Shown: positions 9,510 to 18,764, numbered from the stretch's first letter. The stretch: DNA of 64,000 nt from Paracoccaceae bacterium (GCA_039984715.1 JBDWUA010000001.1:43314-107313); one strand, 5' to 3'. A program made the numbers and translations. The notes: a model not told the origin generated them from the letters alone.

Positions 9510-10415
9510 TTACCAGTCGGTCGGCCCTTTGTCTGCAAATGCATGTACGAGGAAGTCGATGAATGCCCTTACTTTTGGCTGTGTAAACCGTCCGGGTGGA
9601 TAGACGGAATAGATGCCCTGAGTTTCCACAGGAAGATCGGGGATGACGTCTTCGATCAAACCTTTCTTCATGGCGTCTGCGTACAGAAAGCTGGGCAAGT
9701 AAGCGATACCAAGACCTGAAATGGCGGCATTCAGAAGTGATTGTCCGTCATTGACCGATAGCCATCCGGCGGTGCGAACTTGACGTTTTTCGCCAGACGG
9801 TGATGTCAGTTTCCAAACATTTCCAGAAGACTGGTTCGAATAATGCAACAGTTTATGTTCGTTTAAATCGTCGATCTTTTGCGGGCGACCATACCGCTCG
9901 AAATACGAAGGTGCCGCGATCATACGTTTGGTCGTTTCTGTTAGTTTCCGCGCTTTGAGCGTGGAATCTTCAAGCTCACCAATGCGCACTGCCATGTCAA
10001 ACCCTTCAGAGATGAGTTCGACATATCGGTTGTTCAAAACCATGTTGACTGTGATGTCCGGGAATTCTGACAAGAATTCACCAATCACCGGGGACAAATG
10101 GTTCACACCAAAATCCGTTGCGACCGAGATACGCAAAAGCCCTGATGGTGCCGATTGCATAGACGTCACCAAAGCGTCAGCTTCTCCCGCGTCGTTCAAG
10201 ACGCGGCGCGCTCGATCATAATAAGCCAATCCAATTTCTGTCGGCGAAACGCGTCGTGTCGTCCGGTTCAAAAGACGTGCCCCCAAACGCGCCTCCAAAC
10301 TCGAGACGTGCTTTGACACAGCCGATTTTGAAATACCCATCTTCTTTGCAGCATCCGTAAATCCACCTTGGTCCACGACTGTGGCAAAGGCTTCCATTTC
10401 GGTGAGGCGATCCAT
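9510..10415 (-). CDS. LysR-family transcriptional regulator
   Basis: The internal ATG 10415 gives MDRLTEMEAFATVVDQGGFTDAAKKMGISKSAVSKHVSSLEARLG, a LysR HTH, followed by a substrate-binding domain. Confidence 0.9.
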   Translation of the reverse strand: MDRLTEMEAFATVVDQGGFTDAAKKMGISKSAVSKHVSSLEARLGARLLNRTTRRVSPTEIGLAYYDRARRVLNDAGEADALVTSMQSAPSGLLRISVATDFGVNHLSPVIGEFLSEFPDITVNMVLNNRYVELISEGFDMAVRIGELEDSTLKARKLTETTKRMIAAPSYFERYGRPQKIDDLNEHKLLHYSNQSSGNVWKLTSPSGEKRQVRTAGWLSVNDGQSLLNAAISGLGIAYLPSFLYADAMKKGLIEDVIPDLPVETQGIYSVYPPGRFTQPKVRAFIDFLVHAFADKGPTDW

Positions 10416-10668
10416 GCTCGATCCCTTCGTTCGTGTTCGTTGCATATGCTTATCAGTGGGAATCTGGGCAGGATGTGGGCAGTCTTGGGATAATCTTGCG
10501 TTCTTTAAAGTTATTGAACCGGAACGGGAAACAGGCAATTCGAGTGCCTAGAGCACTGAAAGCACACGGAAATCACGTGATTTTGATGAAGATTTGATGC
10601 CGATACGCGTCAAGCCAATGCAGCAATAAGGCGGTTTTGCCTTAACTCTGAAACAATAATAAATGCAT

Positions 10669-11424
10669 TTAGGTCGCGGACTGGCTCCACCGAGCAAAAG
10701 GCACGGCTTCGGGTTCGATCTTTTGCTGGTCATCGCCGCCGATCAAAAGATACCCAAACCCTCCGGCGTTCCAATTTGCCGCGCCTAAACCCGCCAATGT
10801 TTCGAGGTTCATAGGCTTTGCTTCGCCATTTGCTAATTTTATGATGCACAGCGCCACAGGCGTGCCGTCTTCCCTTTGATACGCCAACTGGGCAAGTGGG
10901 CGCCCTTTGAAGTTGAGCAATCGCGCATGTTTAAGACGTAGCCCGGCAGGCGCAGGTAAATCGCTAAGGTCCAACCCAATCGCCGCAGAAACTTGAGCCA
11001 ACTGCGCGCGGGATTCGTCTTCGGCTGGGTTCATTCCGTCCAGCGTGGATTGCCCATAAAGCGACTGGTATGATGCAACGACGGCTTTCCAGCCGGGTTC
11101 CGAAGGTGCAGGTGCGTCGCTGGGAAGGAAAGCCGCCATCGCAAATCCGGCAGCGAGTCCCGTCGCGAATGTTCCAAATGCCCAAGGCCAAATTCTGCGG
11201 CCAGATAAGGCGTTGCTTTCTTCTTCCGGTAATTCCGGTGCTTCTGACAACAGGGCGTCGTAACTGCTGCGGATCGCCGCTATTGGCAAATCCAGAGAGG
11301 CAAGGCGCGCAGTCAGATTTGCGTCGGTGTCCAGAGCGGCCGTAATCGAAGCGTTCAATTCAGGATCGGCTTCTCCGTCCAGAAACGCTGTTAAGTCTTC
11401 ATCGGAAAAGCTTGCATCGCTCAT
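10669..11424 (-). CDS. membrane-spanning anti-sigma factor (non-zinc type)
   Basis: It lies immediately downstream of, and ATGA-coupled to, the ECF sigma gene. N-terminal LTAFLDGEADPE motif, one central hydrophobic helix (IWPWAFGTFATGLAAGFAMAAF), and a roughly 150-aa C-terminal domain. No His/Cys zinc motif is present. Confidence 0.65.
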   Translation of the reverse strand: MSDASFSDEDLTAFLDGEADPELNASITAALDTDANLTARLASLDLPIAAIRSSYDALLSEAPELPEEESNALSGRRIWPWAFGTFATGLAAGFAMAAFLPSDAPAPSEPGWKAVVASYQSLYGQSTLDGMNPAEDESRAQLAQVSAAIGLDLSDLPAPAGLRLKHARLLNFKGRPLAQLAYQREDGTPVALCIIKLANGEAKPMNLETLAGLGAANWNAGGFGYLLIGGDDQQKIEPEAVPFARWSQSAT

Positions 11425-11897
11425 CCTGTGACTCCTTCTTCGGCCATCTGACCATTTAAACGCTTACGCCCTGCAGCAAGGCGACTCATTACTGTGCCGA
11501 TTGGAATATCCATAATCTCGGCGGCTTCCTTATAACTGTAGCCCTCGACGTAAACGAGAAAGACAGCATGCCTCTGGGCATCAGGTAACTGTTGTACCAA
11601 TGATAACACCCGGTGCGCCATTATATTCGTTTCCACCCCAGGAGACGGATCAGCAAGCGGAGTGTCTTCGACCGATTGCAATCCGCTTCCTTGTCGGACC
11701 TTGCGTGAACGCAACTCGTTCAGCCACAAACGTTGTGCCATGACGAACATCCACCGGTCCAAATGCGTTCCGACTTGGAACTGTTCGGCTTTTTCGATTG
11801 CGCGTAAACATGTGGCTTGAACCAGATCATCCGCCCAATCGCGACGCCCCGTCAACGCGACAGCATAACGCCATAGTCTCGGATGAATTTCCGCCAA
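11421..11897 (-). CDS. ECF-type RNA polymerase sigma-70 family factor
   Basis: Region 2 reads RYAVALTGRRDWADDLVQATCLRAIEK...F..W. Region 4 reads AVFLVYVEGYSYKEAAEIMDIPIGTVMSRLAAGRKRL. The apparent start is TTG at 11897. Confidence 0.85.
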   Translation of the reverse strand: MAEIHPRLWRYAVALTGRRDWADDLVQATCLRAIEKAEQFQVGTHLDRWMFVMAQRLWLNELRSRKVRQGSGLQSVEDTPLADPSPGVETNIMAHRVLSLVQQLPDAQRHAVFLVYVEGYSYKEAAEIMDIPIGTVMSRLAAGRKRLNGQMAEEGVTG

Positions 11898-12070
11898 ACC
11901 GTCTCGTACTGCGGCTTGTGGTGAAAGATGGGCGTTCGTTTGAATTATCCCGGTCCGTTCAAATTGAAAGATTTGGCACAGAATGTAGATGGAATGCTAA
12001 AATGAGAAGTAGTTTTTTGACCAAACGCATTGATGTGCCAGCTTGATCGCAATGTGTCGCAATAAATTGC

Positions 12071-12766
12071 CTATTCAGGCGCTGGAAAACATCCAAACGT
12101 ATCTTCAAAATTCAGTTGACCAGATTTTGAAAACTGCACAACCCGGCTGTCGGGAATGCGTTTGGCCCAACCAAGTGTGATGATTTGGGCCAGCATCGCT
12201 CGGCCAAGGCGACCGGCGAGATGAGATTGCCGCGCGCTCCAATCCAAGCATTCGCGACACATAGGTGCAGAAGAGGGCGGAAGGGTCTCTAAGTTCAACC
12301 CAAGTTCTGAAACAAACTCGGTTCCAGATGGGGACAAAATCAACCCGTTTTTGGATGTCGCAAAATGACCTGACGCCTGCATGGATTGGAACATGTGTAC
12401 GCCCATGTCGCCAGCAAGATGGCTGTAACAGACGCGCGCGTGGCGCAATGCGCTGTCACGTGGCCCGGTTTGCGTGCGCAAATGACCGCGCCCTGCGGCA
12501 AGACCCATCAAACTTTCCAAGGCTTGTGCAACGTCTTCGCCACCAAGTGAAAAATACCGATGCCGCCCTTCCTTGCGCTGTGTCACCAATTGCGCATCTT
12601 CCAATTTACGCAAATGGCTTGAGGCCGTTTGTGCGGTGACACCTGCTTCGTGCGCCAGTTCGGTTGCCGTCAGGGCTTTGCCTGTCATCAACGCGGTAAG
12701 AATGTTGGCGCGCGCGGGTTCGCCAATAAGACTGGCGACTTCAGCGATATTTGGACCTTCTTTCAT
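12071..12766 (-). CDS. ArsR/SmtB-type winged-helix regulator with extended C-terminal domain
   Basis: N-terminal wHTH (LIGEPARANILTALMTGKALTATELAHEAGVTAQTASSHLRKL). The C-terminal half carries two related C..SHLAG..G segments (ARVCYSHLAGDMG and CLDWSARQSHLAGRLG). Confidence 0.8.
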   Translation of the reverse strand: MKEGPNIAEVASLIGEPARANILTALMTGKALTATELAHEAGVTAQTASSHLRKLEDAQLVTQRKEGRHRYFSLGGEDVAQALESLMGLAAGRGHLRTQTGPRDSALRHARVCYSHLAGDMGVHMFQSMQASGHFATSKNGLILSPSGTEFVSELGLNLETLPPSSAPMCRECLDWSARQSHLAGRLGRAMLAQIITLGWAKRIPDSRVVQFSKSGQLNFEDTFGCFPAPE

Positions 12767-12836
12767 ACTTCGATACTGATCGAAGCATTGGAATTATGCA
12801 AGCGTCTATGTGTTGTCCATCAAAAAGGAGAACCCG

Positions 12837-13154
12837 ATGCTGACATGTGTCATTCGCTATCAAATCGATCCGACGAAAAAAGAGGCTTTCAGCCATTATG
12901 CAAGAAATTGGAACGAAGCAATTCCGCGGTGTGGAGCAGATCTGATTGGGTATTTCGCACCACATGAAGGATCCAGTACATTGGCGTATGGAATTTACAA
13001 TGTCGCGTCGCTTGCTGATTATGAACAGTACAGAACACGTTTGGCCGCCGATCCGTTGGGGCGGGAAAACTATGAATTTGCGCAGCGTGAAGGGTTTCTT
13101 TTACGAGAAGACCGAACGTGGCTGAAGAAAGCGGAAGGGAAGAACAGGACATGA
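12837..13154 (+). CDS. NIPSNAP-family protein
   Basis: The ATG at 12837 is preceded by AAAGGAG. The roughly 105-aa alpha/beta sandwich sequence MLTCVIRYQIDP...YNVASLADYEQYRTRLAADP is typical of NIPSNAP. Confidence 0.75.
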   Translation: MLTCVIRYQIDPTKKEAFSHYARNWNEAIPRCGADLIGYFAPHEGSSTLAYGIYNVASLADYEQYRTRLAADPLGRENYEFAQREGFLLREDRTWLKKAEGKNRT

Positions 13155-13498
13155 TTGCGGTCATTTTCGAAGTAGAAATAGCCGAGGGATGCAAATCTGC
13201 GTATCTGGGTGTGGCCGCAGAAATGCGCCCAATGCTCGATGAGATTGACGGGTTCTTGTCGGTCGAACGATTTGAAAGCTTGACCACACCGGGCAAACTT
13301 CTGTCGCTCTCCTTCTTTCGGGACGAAGCTGCATTGGATGAATGGCGCACGTTGACGGCACACCGCGACGCACAATCAAAGGGGCGCGGAGGGCTATTTT
13401 CAAACTACCGCCTGCGCGTGTCCAGCGTCATCCGTGACTATGGGATGTTCGATCGTGATCAGGCCCCCGAAGACAGCAAAGCCACTCATAAGGGATGA
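13151..13498 (+). CDS. antibiotic-biosynthesis-monooxygenase (ABM, dimeric alpha-beta barrel) family protein
   Basis: The ATG at 13151 overlaps the upstream stop (ATGA). The sequence MIAVIFEVEI...FLSVERFESL...LLSLSFFRDEAALDEWR..H is the ABM pattern. Confidence 0.8.
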   Translation: MIAVIFEVEIAEGCKSAYLGVAAEMRPMLDEIDGFLSVERFESLTTPGKLLSLSFFRDEAALDEWRTLTAHRDAQSKGRGGLFSNYRLRVSSVIRDYGMFDRDQAPEDSKATHKG

Positions 13499-13735
13499 GA
13501 AATTTTGCGAATGAAATGAACGCTGCCCGTCATACATTTTGCAATTAGCGTCAGGAATGAGCCCTGCTTGATCGATGCAACACGTTACATCGAAACCCGC
13601 TATCTACCGGAAAACTCAAGCGACTTGGTCTATTTCCCGAGAAAATAAGACTTGCAGATATAACTCATGATCCATCGTGTTTGTCCTTGGCGAAATCCGT
13701 GTTTCGGTTGATCCATTGGAAAAGGGGGAGGGAAC

Positions 13736-14215
13736 ATGAAATATTCTGTGCTTGGATCGGCAATCATATTTGTAACGCTTGGGGCATCGTCGGCTTTTGC
13801 TGACGGCCATGCGAAAGAGCTACCACCGTTAGTCATGCAACCAAATGCTGAGCGCGTAACATTTGAGCATGTCGACGCTTTGAATGCATGCGATTGGAAT
13901 CGCCTGATGGCGCAATACCCAGAAGAAGTCTTGATCATTCTGCCCAACGGCGTTTGGGTCGAGGGTCGCTCTGCAATCGGTGACGTTTTCGCTGGCTTCT
14001 GCACCCCTCGCGAAGAGGGTGGTTTTATCGGCGCAACCTTCATCGCGGAAAAAGTAAAAACAGTGGGCGACACCGTCAACGTATCTTGGCGAGTTGAAGC
14101 GGAATGGCTTGAGGAGCCCTATAAAGGCGCGGATGCCTACGTGACACGCGACGGTTTGATGTACGTTCAGGTCACAACATTTGACCCCGCGGACATGAAA
14201 TTTAAGTCAGAATAA
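13736..14215 (+). CDS. exported NTF2/SnoaL-like fold protein
   Basis: Strong RBS (GGGGGAGGG) and a signal peptide (MKYSVLGSAIIFVTLGASSAFA). The mature part has SnoaL-like spacing (DALNACDWNRLMAQY...). Confidence 0.6.
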   Translation: MKYSVLGSAIIFVTLGASSAFADGHAKELPPLVMQPNAERVTFEHVDALNACDWNRLMAQYPEEVLIILPNGVWVEGRSAIGDVFAGFCTPREEGGFIGATFIAEKVKTVGDTVNVSWRVEAEWLEEPYKGADAYVTRDGLMYVQVTTFDPADMKFKSE

Positions 14216-14225
14216 TCTACGGCTT

Positions 14226-14254
14226 CGTTTAGGCTCTTTCAGTGAGCCTAAACG
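14226..14254. terminator. perfect 11-bp stem hairpin between convergent genes
   Basis: CGTTTAGGCTC-tttcagt-GAGCCTAAACG lies 11 nt after the stop of the SnoaL-like gene. There is no clear U-tract, so function as an intrinsic terminator is not certain. Confidence 0.4.
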
Positions 14255-14417
14255 ACCTAATTGCTATGCTTGGCAATTCAAACCAATCTTTCAATTGTTA
14301 GAAAAGCCCGCTTTGTCCACGGTGGCGACATTTACCTAGGTCGTCGTGGCAGTGGGTTTTGGTCAGAAATGCTTGGCGTTTGGGCCAGTATTGTCTGACG
14401 AGGCCCGTCGCAAGAAT

Positions 14418-16055
14418 TCAAGAAGTCTGACGTGCCGAGTCAAAGCTGTGCGACGTTCCATGCGACTTTGCATCTTCGCGGATCATCGCTGCGGCCTTTT
14501 CCGCGATCATGATCGTTGGTGCGTTTGTGTTGCCGCTTGTTATGGTTGGCATCACGCTTGCATCTACGACGCGCAGCCCATCGACACCGCGAAGCTTGCA
14601 TCGTTCATCCAGTGGGCTTTCCTCGTCTGCGCCCATTCGCACGGTGCCCACGGGGTGAAATATGGTTGTGCCAATGTGCCCGGCGGCTTCGGCCAGCGCT
14701 TGTTCCGAGGTGATATCCGAACCGGGACGGAATTCTTCTGGATTGAACTGTGCAAGAGCGTCTTGTTCCATAATGCGACGTGTCAACTGTATGGCGCGGA
14801 CAGCAACGTCCTGATCTTTGGCTGCACTTAAATAATTAGGCGCGATTTCCGGCTGAACGGATGGATCGCGGGACAGCGGCTTTACGTGACCACGGCTTTC
14901 GGGGCGCAGATGGCAGACGCTTGCCGTGATCGCATCAAAGCTGTGCAGCGGGTCCCCAAATGCATCCAGACTAAGCGGTTGCACATGGTATTCTAAATCG
15001 GCAGTGGCGACATCCGGACCAGAGCGCGCGAACGCGCCCAATTGCGATGGGGCCATCGACATCGGTCCGCTGCGTTTCAGCGCGTATTCCGCGGCAATGC
15101 GTGCTTTGCCCATCAATGTCGCCGACAATGTGTTTAGCGTTTTGGTATTGGATACTTTCCATGCACAGCGGATTTGCAAATGATCTTGCAAATTGGCTCC
15201 TACGCCTTGGATGTCCTTTAAAACTTCGATGCCTTGATCCTGCAACCATTGCCCCGGACCAAGCCCGGATAATTGCAATATATGCGGAGACCCAATCGCA
15301 CCCGCGCTTAGTATGACTTCGCGCTGTGCTTTGGCTTCGAATTGTTGCCCATCTTTGCGATAGACAACCCCTGTGACGCGTCCATCGGTCATTTGAACGC
15401 GTTCGGTATGGGCGCCTGTTTCCACCTGCAGGTTTGGTCTTTGTTCGGCGGGCTTGAGGAAGGCGCGGGCCGTGTTCCAGCGCCAGCCGTTCTTTTGGTT
15501 GACCCTGAAATACCCAACACCTTCGTTGTCGCCCGTGTTGAAATCTTCGGTTGGGGGCAATCCTGCCTGTACGGCTGCCTCTTTCCAGGCATCCAGGATA
15601 TCCCAGCTTAAGCGTTGTTTATTGACGTGCCATTCGCCACCGGTTTGATGCAGATCGTTGGAACCTTCGGCATTGTCCTCGTGTTTCAAGAAATAGGGGA
15701 GAACGTCGTCCCATCCCCAACCGGTCAAGCCAAGCTGGCGCCAGTGGTCATAATCGGCGGCTTGGCCGCGCAAATACAGCATTCCGTTTATGGACGAACA
15801 TCCACCCAGTACTTTGCCGCGCGGGTAAATCAGGCTGCGTCCCCCCAATCCAGGTTCTTTGCGGGTGCGAAACCGCCAATCGGTGCGTGGGTTATCGATG
15901 CAGTACAGATATCCAACGGGGATATGTATCCAGTGATAGGTATCGCGACCCCCGGCTTCTAGCAAAAGCACACGCGCGCCGTCTTCGCTGAGCCGGTTTG
16001 CCAGCACACACCCGGCGCTGCCTGCGCCAACAATAACGTAATCCCAGTTTTCCAT
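14418..16055 (-). CDS. GMC-family FAD oxidoreductase (choline/alcohol dehydrogenase-like)
   Basis: The internal ATG 16055 gives MENWDYVIVGAGSAGCVLANRLSEDGARVLLLEAGG, the GMC N-terminal signature. The C-terminal GMC motif is also present (HPVGTVRMG...VVDASVMP). The long ORF to 16355 overlaps imuB and is rejected. Confidence 0.9.
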   Translation of the reverse strand: MENWDYVIVGAGSAGCVLANRLSEDGARVLLLEAGGRDTYHWIHIPVGYLYCIDNPRTDWRFRTRKEPGLGGRSLIYPRGKVLGGCSSINGMLYLRGQAADYDHWRQLGLTGWGWDDVLPYFLKHEDNAEGSNDLHQTGGEWHVNKQRLSWDILDAWKEAAVQAGLPPTEDFNTGDNEGVGYFRVNQKNGWRWNTARAFLKPAEQRPNLQVETGAHTERVQMTDGRVTGVVYRKDGQQFEAKAQREVILSAGAIGSPHILQLSGLGPGQWLQDQGIEVLKDIQGVGANLQDHLQIRCAWKVSNTKTLNTLSATLMGKARIAAEYALKRSGPMSMAPSQLGAFARSGPDVATADLEYHVQPLSLDAFGDPLHSFDAITASVCHLRPESRGHVKPLSRDPSVQPEIAPNYLSAAKDQDVAVRAIQLTRRIMEQDALAQFNPEEFRPGSDITSEQALAEAAGHIGTTIFHPVGTVRMGADEESPLDERCKLRGVDGLRVVDASVMPTITSGNTNAPTIMIAEKAAAMIREDAKSHGTSHSFDSARQTS

Positions 16056-16113
16056 GCCATGACGGAACCACAGGGGCGATTGGTCTGCAAGAGTTAGCGG
16101 GCGAGGTTTTTGT

Positions 16114-17811
16114 TTAAGCGAAGTCGCCCTGACAAAACCATCCCGCCGACATTGCCGATCCGTGTGCAAAATATAACCAAAGGCGACGTCCTGATGTGGT
16201 GTCCACGCACCAATAATCACGCACCCCTGTGCGCCATTCGGGATCATCCAGCCACCATTCAGGTGCAATCCGTTCTGGCCCCTGTGCTCGCACCGTTTGC
16301 AACGTTTGCCCCCGCCAACGAAAATCCATCGGCAAATCAGGTGTCGCTGGGGCATGGACCGGTTCGGGCGACCACAACATCATTGGACGGGCTGACGCGG
16401 CACGAGGCCATGGCCCATCAAACGGGGCGGACCATGCGGCGGCAAGCACTTGATGTGATTTCTCGGGGATGTGGCTATCGGCAGGGTGGACGCGTGTGAT
16501 GGTTTCTAACCCAACACGCGCCCCCAATTTACCAATCAAATCATCCAGCGCTGTTCCGGCTTCAAGCCGTTTGGCCACTGCGCGCCCTGCATGCAGATGC
16601 CCGACCGTTTGGGCGTTGTGCAAAGGTTCGTTCTGTGTGGCCTCAAGGCGCAACATGTCGATGCCAAAGCCTGCGTCTATTTCCTTTAACTTCATTGCCA
16701 ACAAGGGGCGAATACGGTGGGGGTCATGACTGGGTCGTGCCAGCCCGACCGAGATGGATTCAATCCCATGGTCACTGCGAAAGGCCTGCAAGGTGATCTG
16801 TCGCACCGCGCGCCCTTTTGTTTTTAATGTTTCGCAAAGACGCGGAAGAAGACGATCAAGCCCGGCCAGCATGTCTTCTTCCAGGCCGATGGGATCAGGA
16901 AGGGTCATGCGAACTGCAAAATGATCTGGTGGCTTGGCCGGAGAAACGGGTTCAGGCGCGCTGCCCATGGCCTGATCCAGCCGTAAAACAAGACCTTTTC
17001 CAAATCGACGGGCCAAGGCGGCACGGGGTTGGCCCAAAAGATCGCCAATGCGGCGTAACCCAAGACGCCCAAGCTGTGTGGTTATTTCGGGATCCAGCCG
17101 TAAAGCTGCGACAGGCAAAGGGGACAGAGCAGAATAGGTCTGTCCTTGTCCGGAAATGCGCCCGGCCAATGTCTGCCGTGTGGCTGTAACGGTGGGGGCT
17201 GCCCCTCCCTTTGTCCAGTGGCGACGTTTGCCGGCACGGGACCGAGTCGCGCGGGCTTCTTGGTCAATGGCATCCCCTGATCTGTCCGGTTGTGCGCCTT
17301 GTCCTGCAAACCGCGCCAGCGCCCATGCCGCGCCGCGTGTATCGGCAAGACCCATGGCCACAGTCAGCCCCAGATCGTTGCAATCATCTTGCACAACACT
17401 CAGCAGGGCTTCTTCGCCCCCAAACAGATGAGCGCAGCCGGTCAGATCAACCACCAATCCGTCTGATCCTTCGGGGGAAACCCACGGGCTGAACTTGCTG
17501 GCCCATCGCTGCAACGTCGCGAGAAACCGTGTTTCGCCCACTGGGTTGCAGGCTTGCGCCACCAACCCTTCGCACATCGCATGGGCGTCCCGCGCTGGTT
17601 GGCCCACATATAGTCCAAACCCTTGGGCGATGCCGTTCATCGAGGCCACGATTTGCGCATTGCCTTGGTCTTTGATCACGACAAGAGGGCATTCGGCCAA
17701 TTCCGGTGCTTGCCGGATCAGGCGTTCGGCCTCTAGTCGGGGAAACCACAATGAAAGGATGCGGCGCGCATTTACCAAGATATGTTCCTGCTTTGTTCCA
17801 AATTGGAACAT
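16114..17811 (-). CDS. imuB: ImuB, Y-family polymerase-like subunit of the SOS mutasome
   Basis: RRILSLWFPRLEAERL... and LVVDLTGCAHLFGGEEALL are hallmarks of ImuB. The true start may be TTG at 17778, because a LexA box occupies codons 5-10 of the ATG-17811 version. Confidence 0.85.
   Translation of the reverse strand: MFQFGTKQEHILVNARRILSLWFPRLEAERLIRQAPELAECPLVVIKDQGNAQIVASMNGIAQGFGLYVGQPARDAHAMCEGLVAQACNPVGETRFLATLQRWASKFSPWVSPEGSDGLVVDLTGCAHLFGGEEALLSVVQDDCNDLGLTVAMGLADTRGAAWALARFAGQGAQPDRSGDAIDQEARATRSRAGKRRHWTKGGAAPTVTATRQTLAGRISGQGQTYSALSPLPVAALRLDPEITTQLGRLGLRRIGDLLGQPRAALARRFGKGLVLRLDQAMGSAPEPVSPAKPPDHFAVRMTLPDPIGLEEDMLAGLDRLLPRLCETLKTKGRAVRQITLQAFRSDHGIESISVGLARPSHDPHRIRPLLAMKLKEIDAGFGIDMLRLEATQNEPLHNAQTVGHLHAGRAVAKRLEAGTALDDLIGKLGARVGLETITRVHPADSHIPEKSHQVLAAAWSAPFDGPWPRAASARPMMLWSPEPVHAPATPDLPMDFRWRGQTLQTVRAQGPERIAPEWWLDDPEWRTGVRDYWCVDTTSGRRLWLYFAHGSAMSAGWFCQGDFA
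17784..17798 (-). promoter_or_regulatory. alphaproteobacterial LexA (SOS) box, GAAC-N7-GAAC on the imuB strand
   Basis: The plus strand reads GTTCctgctttGTTC. This exactly matches the GTTC-N7-GTTC direct-repeat LexA operator known from Rhodobacter and Rhizobium, and it sits at the 5' end of imuB. Confidence 0.6.
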
Positions 17812-17841
17812 GCCCGAGTCGCAGTCACGTGTCGAGAGAGA

Positions 17842-18459
17842 TCAGGTGGCGTAGCGGGCCAAAAAGGTCTCAACAGCGGAATCAACTATGCGGTCGATCT
17901 CAGCTTCTGAGACGTCATCGATCACCTTGAACATGATCTTCATCCAGACTTCGGCTTTGCACATTTCCCCAAATTGAAAAGCAGCCAATGTCAGGTCGTC
18001 AATTTTCAGCTCACCCCGTGCAATCGCGGCTTCGAAATAGATACCCATTTCGGCCTGCATAACGTTCGGTCCAGAACGATAAAATTCGCGCCCGATCTCA
18101 GGGAAACGCTCGCTTTCTGCCATGCAAATGCGAAAGATCTGCTGACCCAGCTTTGATGTAATAAACCGCATGAAATGTCGCCCGGCTTGCCCCAGCACAT
18201 CACGGGGCAAAGCGCACAGATCAATATTGTCGACAGCTTCCTGACTTTGTCGCAAACATTCATGTCGTGCGACCTCAACAAACAAAAGCCGCTTGTCAGG
18301 GAAATAACTATAAAGAGTCGCTTTCGAAACACCCGCCGCCTTGGCGATGTCATCGACACTTGCACCTTCAAAGCCATCCGCCATGAAAATTTGCCGGGCT
18401 CCATCCAGAACCTGATCAAATTTCCGACCGCGACGGATCTGCCCGAATTCTTTATTCAT
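17842..18459 (-). CDS. TetR/AcrR-family transcriptional regulator
   Basis: N-terminal HTH GFEGASVDDIAKAAGVSKATLYSYFPDKRLLF, 205 aa. Confidence 0.9.
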   Translation of the reverse strand: MNKEFGQIRRGRKFDQVLDGARQIFMADGFEGASVDDIAKAAGVSKATLYSYFPDKRLLFVEVARHECLRQSQEAVDNIDLCALPRDVLGQAGRHFMRFITSKLGQQIFRICMAESERFPEIGREFYRSGPNVMQAEMGIYFEAAIARGELKIDDLTLAAFQFGEMCKAEVWMKIMFKVIDDVSEAEIDRIVDSAVETFLARYAT

Positions 18460-18721
18460 AGTTATCTATGTCCTCCAGAGAACCGAGTATAAACTGATTA
18501 CATCAATGGTCACAGAAAAATGATGCCTGACCTAATGTCTTCCTGCGGCAAGCAGCCGTCATTTAGGCGATATGTTGGTTAAAGAGGTCATTCTATCATG
18601 GAACGGCTTCCCGCATTCGACAGAATTGACGGGCCTACATATGCTTGGGGGCGAGGACGTCAGGTGCAAAGATCATTTGAAACCCGAAAATCAGATGTCC
18701 AAAGTTTGTACCGCGTTTGAA

Positions 18722-18752
18722 AAGGGCACCGCGCGGTCATGCGCAGTGCCCC
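18722..18752 (-). terminator. probable intrinsic terminator after the permease gene
   Basis: On the minus strand GGGCACTGCGC-atgac-CGCGCGGTGCCC is followed by TTTTC. It lies 13 nt downstream of the stop at 18765. Confidence 0.4.
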
Positions 18753-18764
18753 AGATTTAAGCGC

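Noticed and set aside
14418-16355. Long (645-aa) version of the GMC oxidoreductase ORF, overlapping the 3' end of imuB by about 240 nt.
   Set aside because: The canonical GMC N-terminus (MENWDYVIVGAGSAG) begins at the internal ATG 16055. The 100-aa extension is Arg/Cys/Gly-rich and would overlap imuB on the same strand.
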